Assembly (NCBI GenBank): GCA_050012755.1
Contig: JBEKGO010000002.1
Location: forward strand, 1 to 64,000
DNA length: 64,000 nt
Direction: 5' to 3'
Origin: Candidatus Bathyarchaeia archaeon
GTDB lineage: Archaea; Thermoproteota; Bathyarchaeia; Bathyarchaeales; Bathycorpusculaceae
Below the pieces are notes generated by a model. It saw only the letters and a program-made list of their open reading frames with translations, searched no databases and was not told the DNA's origin. The position numbers and the translations under genes are program-made. How positions within the stretch are numbered: position 1 is the first letter of the stretch; every line of letters starts with the position of its first letter. Positions 61,057-64,000 of the stretch are shown in pieces.

Positions 61057-61914
61057 TTGACCGAGCAAAAGAAAGAGGATAAATTCAAATTTCAAATTGT
61101 TTATTTGATTCCGATACTAGCAAGCTTAGTTTTTGGTTTAGGCTGCGCTTACTTGCTAGTGCCGCAGTCGAGTACAAGTATTCCAGTCACACCTATTCCC
61201 GACAACACTCCTGCAGGACCTTTCGGCAACGCTTTGTACTTTGTAGTTCTTGTAGCTGTAAGTGCAACGTTGTTCTATGTCCTTCTGAAGCGGAAAAGCA
61301 AAAAAATCATCAAAACACTAATTGTGGTTGCAATGACCGTTGCTGCTTTGCTTTTGTCTCTGGTTTATTTGTCAACTGTATTCTCTTTTTTCCCAAATTG
61401 GAGCATCCTTCTAATTCCCTTGTCGATAGTAATTGCGGTGCTGTTTGATCTTGCAATTTTCCGTTTCGGTAACATTTCCAGAAACGTGGCGGTAGTTTGT
61501 GTTGGAGGGGCTTTGGGTGTTTTCTTTGGTAAATTTATTCCATTGTACAGTGCAGTCGTGATTTTGGCATTCCTTGCAATCTATGATGTATTTGCGGTTT
61601 ATCGAGGTCCAGTCGGAAAAATTGCTCAATCATCAGGGCTTGACGAACTTCAAGGTTTAAGCTTCTCTTTCAAAGACATTCAGATGGGACTTGGCGACTT
61701 AGTTTTCTATTCAATGCTGACTGGCGCCATATTCTTCTATTTCAGCATGAGTATTCTGCCAACAATAGTTGCGATCATTGGCATCTTAGCAGGCTCAATC
61801 ATAACCTTTTTCATGCTTGAACGAAAAGGCATCTTCCCAGGCTTACCCTTTCCCATCATGTTGGGTTTAGCAGGCGGCTTAATTACCGGGTTTTTGATAC
61901 TTCCCCTTTTGTAG
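61057..61914 (+). CDS. Presenilin/signal-peptide-peptidase-family intramembrane aspartyl protease
   Basis: AIYDVFAV, MGLGDLVFYS, PGLP. Confidence 0.9.
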   Translation: MTEQKKEDKFKFQIVYLIPILASLVFGLGCAYLLVPQSSTSIPVTPIPDNTPAGPFGNALYFVVLVAVSATLFYVLLKRKSKKIIKTLIVVAMTVAALLLSLVYLSTVFSFFPNWSILLIPLSIVIAVLFDLAIFRFGNISRNVAVVCVGGALGVFFGKFIPLYSAVVILAFLAIYDVFAVYRGPVGKIAQSSGLDELQGLSFSFKDIQMGLGDLVFYSMLTGAIFFYFSMSILPTIVAIIGILAGSIITFFMLERKGIFPGLPFPIMLGLAGGLITGFLILPLL

Positions 61915-61948
61915 TTACATCATATCTAGGATTAATGAGCAGTTTTGT

Positions 61949-62110
61949 GCAAATTTTGTTCTTTGTGCTTTGGGTTGCTTTCTTTAAGCAAAGCTTAAAT
62001 TGTTTGTAGGTTGCGTCTAGATTCGTCCCGTTTCGTCCCAATTCGTCCCGTTTCGTCTTGATTCGTCCCAAAAAGTCCCAAAATGTCCCGAAAACTCCCA
62101 GAAAGTCTTA
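61949..62110 (+). repeat. Dispersed cassette copy 4: 66-bp core (61949..62014) plus about ten 10-bp repeats (62011..62110)
   Basis: ATTCGTCCCG/TTTCGTCCCA/ATTCGTCCCG/TTTCGTCTTG/ATTCGTCCCA/AAAAGTCCCA... Confidence 0.9.
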
Positions 62111-62216
62111 CAAAAATCTATTTAGATGAATGAATTCAAATCAGAAAAAGTCTAATATGGACTTGCAACGAGGAAAAAATTTAAGACTGATTGAGTTTAT
62201 AGAAGCGGTGTCGTAA

Positions 62217-63050
62217 ACGGAAAAATCAACAGTTGCAATCGTCAAAGGCGAAAGAGGGCACGAACCCGTTTTCAAAGCGCTCGACTTAATCGATTACAAA
62301 TCTTGCCTATCTGGTTACAAGAAAGCGCTCATAAAAGTCAATTTCATAACAACTAAAACATGGGACACCGGAGCAACAACCGACCCCATCGTTGTTGAAG
62401 CTATAATAAGAAAACTCAAGGATTTGTCCATTGAAATCTTCGTTGCAGAATCAGACGCTACCATGACTAACGCAGACAAAGCCTCCGAAGTCACCGGAAT
62501 GAAAGAGATGTGCGAACAAAACGGCGTAGAATTCTTAAACTTGCGATATCAAAAAGAAAAAGTCAAAATTCCTATTCCGGGCTGCGAAACCCTAGGCAGC
62601 ATCACCGTTCCCAAAATAGTTATGGAATCAGCCGTAATTAGTGCCGCAAAACTCAAAACCCACACCGCAACGAAAGTCACGTTAGGAATGAAGAACATGT
62701 TTGGTCTTATGCCCGACAAGTTTAAGGGAAAATATCATGTTCGAGGCATAAGCAGCGTGATAGTTGATATAAACACTGTAATAAAACCTGCATTAACAGT
62801 GATAGATGGCTTCGTGGCTATGGAAGGCAAAGGCCCAACCGATGGCACACCAGTCAAGATGGATTTGATAATTGCAGGAAAAGATGTTGTCGCCACAGAC
62901 GCAACCGCCGCGAGAGTCATGGGATTTGAGCCTAAAGAAATCAGCCATATCAGAAGAGCAGGCGAGAAAGGCTTAGGAAACATTGATAACATAGAAATCG
63001 TAGGTTCAAAAATAGAAGACGTAACAAAAGTGTTTAAGCGAAGCAGGTAA
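62217..63050 (+). CDS. DUF362-domain protein with apparent ACG start
   Basis: Frame extends 69 codons upstream of the ORF-track start (EKSTVAIVKG...LIKVNF...GATTDPIVVEA); KLKTH..TLGMKN, IDG..MEG.GP. Confidence 0.85.
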   Translation, partial: TEKSTVAIVKGERGHEPVFKALDLIDYKSCLSGYKKALIKVNFITTKTWDTGATTDPIVVEAIIRKLKDLSIEIFVAESDATMTNADKASEVTGMKEMCEQNGVEFLNLRYQKEKVKIPIPGCETLGSITVPKIVMESAVISAAKLKTHTATKVTLGMKNMFGLMPDKFKGKYHVRGISSVIVDINTVIKPALTVIDGFVAMEGKGPTDGTPVKMDLIIAGKDVVATDATAARVMGFEPKEISHIRRAGEKGLGNIDNIEIVGSKIEDVTKVFKRSR

Positions 63051-63126
63051 CCGCTCAGTGAAAGATCTCTCTTGTCGATACGCTGATTAGCGAAAAAAGA
63101 GAAAGAAGATTCTCTGTTCGTTTTTT

Positions 63127-63528
63127 CTATGCGGCTGCTGTTAAGAAAACGATGTTTTTCCTGGTTTTTGTCGATGGAACAAAAGTTGCGCCATATTTTG
63201 ATACTTGTCTACTTGTTTCTCCATGGCTTTTGTGGCACTGCACACCCATTGTTTTTTTGTCTTGCGAGACCCAAACTACACAGCCAATGGTTCTGCATTC
63301 AGGACACATTCTGTGGTCACCGACATTAACTACCGGTTTAATTTGTTTATTTTCTTTCTGAGACGACGCTCCGCTCTTAATGTACAAATTTTTTTGCCCC
63401 TTGATTTTTTCCTTGAAAAGAATCAGTGACTCAACAGGGTCAGCCAAGAGAACAAAAGAAGCTCTTCGCTTACATGAAAGGCGCCCGCGCTTATAAACCA
63501 AGTAAAGATGATGGTAACTCGATGACAT
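63127..63528 (-). CDS. Hypothetical Zn-finger-like protein (start uncertain)
   Basis: CPEC...VVWVSQD..TMGVQCHKSH. Confidence 0.5.
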   Translation of the reverse strand: MSSSYHHLYLVYKRGRLSCKRRASFVLLADPVESLILFKEKIKGQKNLYIKSGASSQKENKQIKPVVNVGDHRMCPECRTIGCVVWVSQDKKTMGVQCHKSHGETSRQVSKYGATFVPSTKTRKNIVFLTAAA

Positions 63529-63645
63529 AACATTTTGGCTTTGGTGCTTAGACGCTTACCAATTAATATAAAGAAACTTCAGCCTTCAAGAGCGTATTGT
63601 TGCTGGAAAGGTTTATTTTGTTGCGTCGCTGTATGATGTGAAATT

Positions 63646-63701
63646 GCAGGCGGACAACATGTCCGTTGGGATGTGGTCCCCTCGGGGACTGAACCGTAAG
63701 C
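63646..63701 (+). promoter_or_regulatory. Structured 5' leader of rpl15e
   Basis: Hairpins CGGACA-ACA-TGTCCG and GTCCC-CTCG-GGGAC between the TATA-like box (~63611) and the RBS GAGGAGG. Confidence 0.6.
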
Positions 63702-63731
63702 AAAAATACATTGAGGAGGAAAAACGAAAAA

Positions 63732-64000
63732 ATGGCATATAAGTACATAGCGGAAGAATGGTCTGCCCCAGAAAAATCCTTCGTTGAAGAACTCATGCGC
63801 GAAAGATTAGTGCAATGGCGAAAACAGCCATCGACAATGCGTCTTGAACATCCAACAAGGCTTGACAGGGCAAGAAAACTAGGCTACAAAGCCAAACAAG
63901 GCTTCGTAATGGCCAGAACAAAAGTCCGAAGAGGCAACCTAAGAAAACTACGTCCACGATCAGGCAGACGCCCAAAACGAATGGGAGTCGCCAAATTCAA
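63732..64000 (+). CDS. rpl15e: 50S ribosomal protein L15e (runs off the window; not in ORF track)
   Basis: [10 protein letters not shown]...WRKQP...[18 protein letters not shown]...RRPKRMG. Confidence 0.96.
   Translation, partial: MAYKYIAEEWSAPEKSFVEELMRERLVQWRKQPSTMRLEHPTRLDRARKLGYKAKQGFVMARTKVRRGNLRKLRPRSGRRPKRMGVAKF

Noticed and set aside
62011-62110. CRISPR interpretation of the leader-plus-repeat layout
   Set aside because: Units are 10 bp and contiguous, with no spacers and no cas genes in the window
63563-63975. Minus-strand ORFs 63563..63796 and 63793..63975
   Set aside because: Antisense to rpl15e and its leader

Overview
A 64-kb archaeal chromosomal segment, most likely Bathyarchaeia. 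The lineage is inferred from the gene set (tiaS, archaeal tgtA, rpl15e, PAC2, SmAP3-like Lsm, short purA, Bzd-type ATPases, VPEF-tailed surface proteins) and was not checked by database search. It is mostly housekeeping: trmI, pyrG, tiaS, alaS, grpE-dnaK-dnaJ, acs with an acetate transporter, asnS, purA, tgtA and rpl15e. It also holds a cluster of secreted/surface proteins, a NikR-linked metal ABC transporter and the right end of an IS481-like element at the left edge. No rRNA, tRNA or CRISPR array was seen. Four signals stand out. (1) A dispersed cassette: a gapless 66-bp promoter-like core abutting a variable-length array of 10-bp direct repeats, in four full copies and one partial; one copy drives a tandem-AbrB (MraZ-like) gene. 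(2) An operon joining Bzd-type benzoyl-CoA-reductase ATPase subunits and ferredoxin to a single-chain double-cubane-type reductase and membrane redox proteins. (3) A rod-like candidate sRNA with two anti-Shine-Dalgarno motifs in its loop. (4) Apparent ACG start codons and several microproteins missed by the ORF track. All family assignments come from motif recognition by eye.
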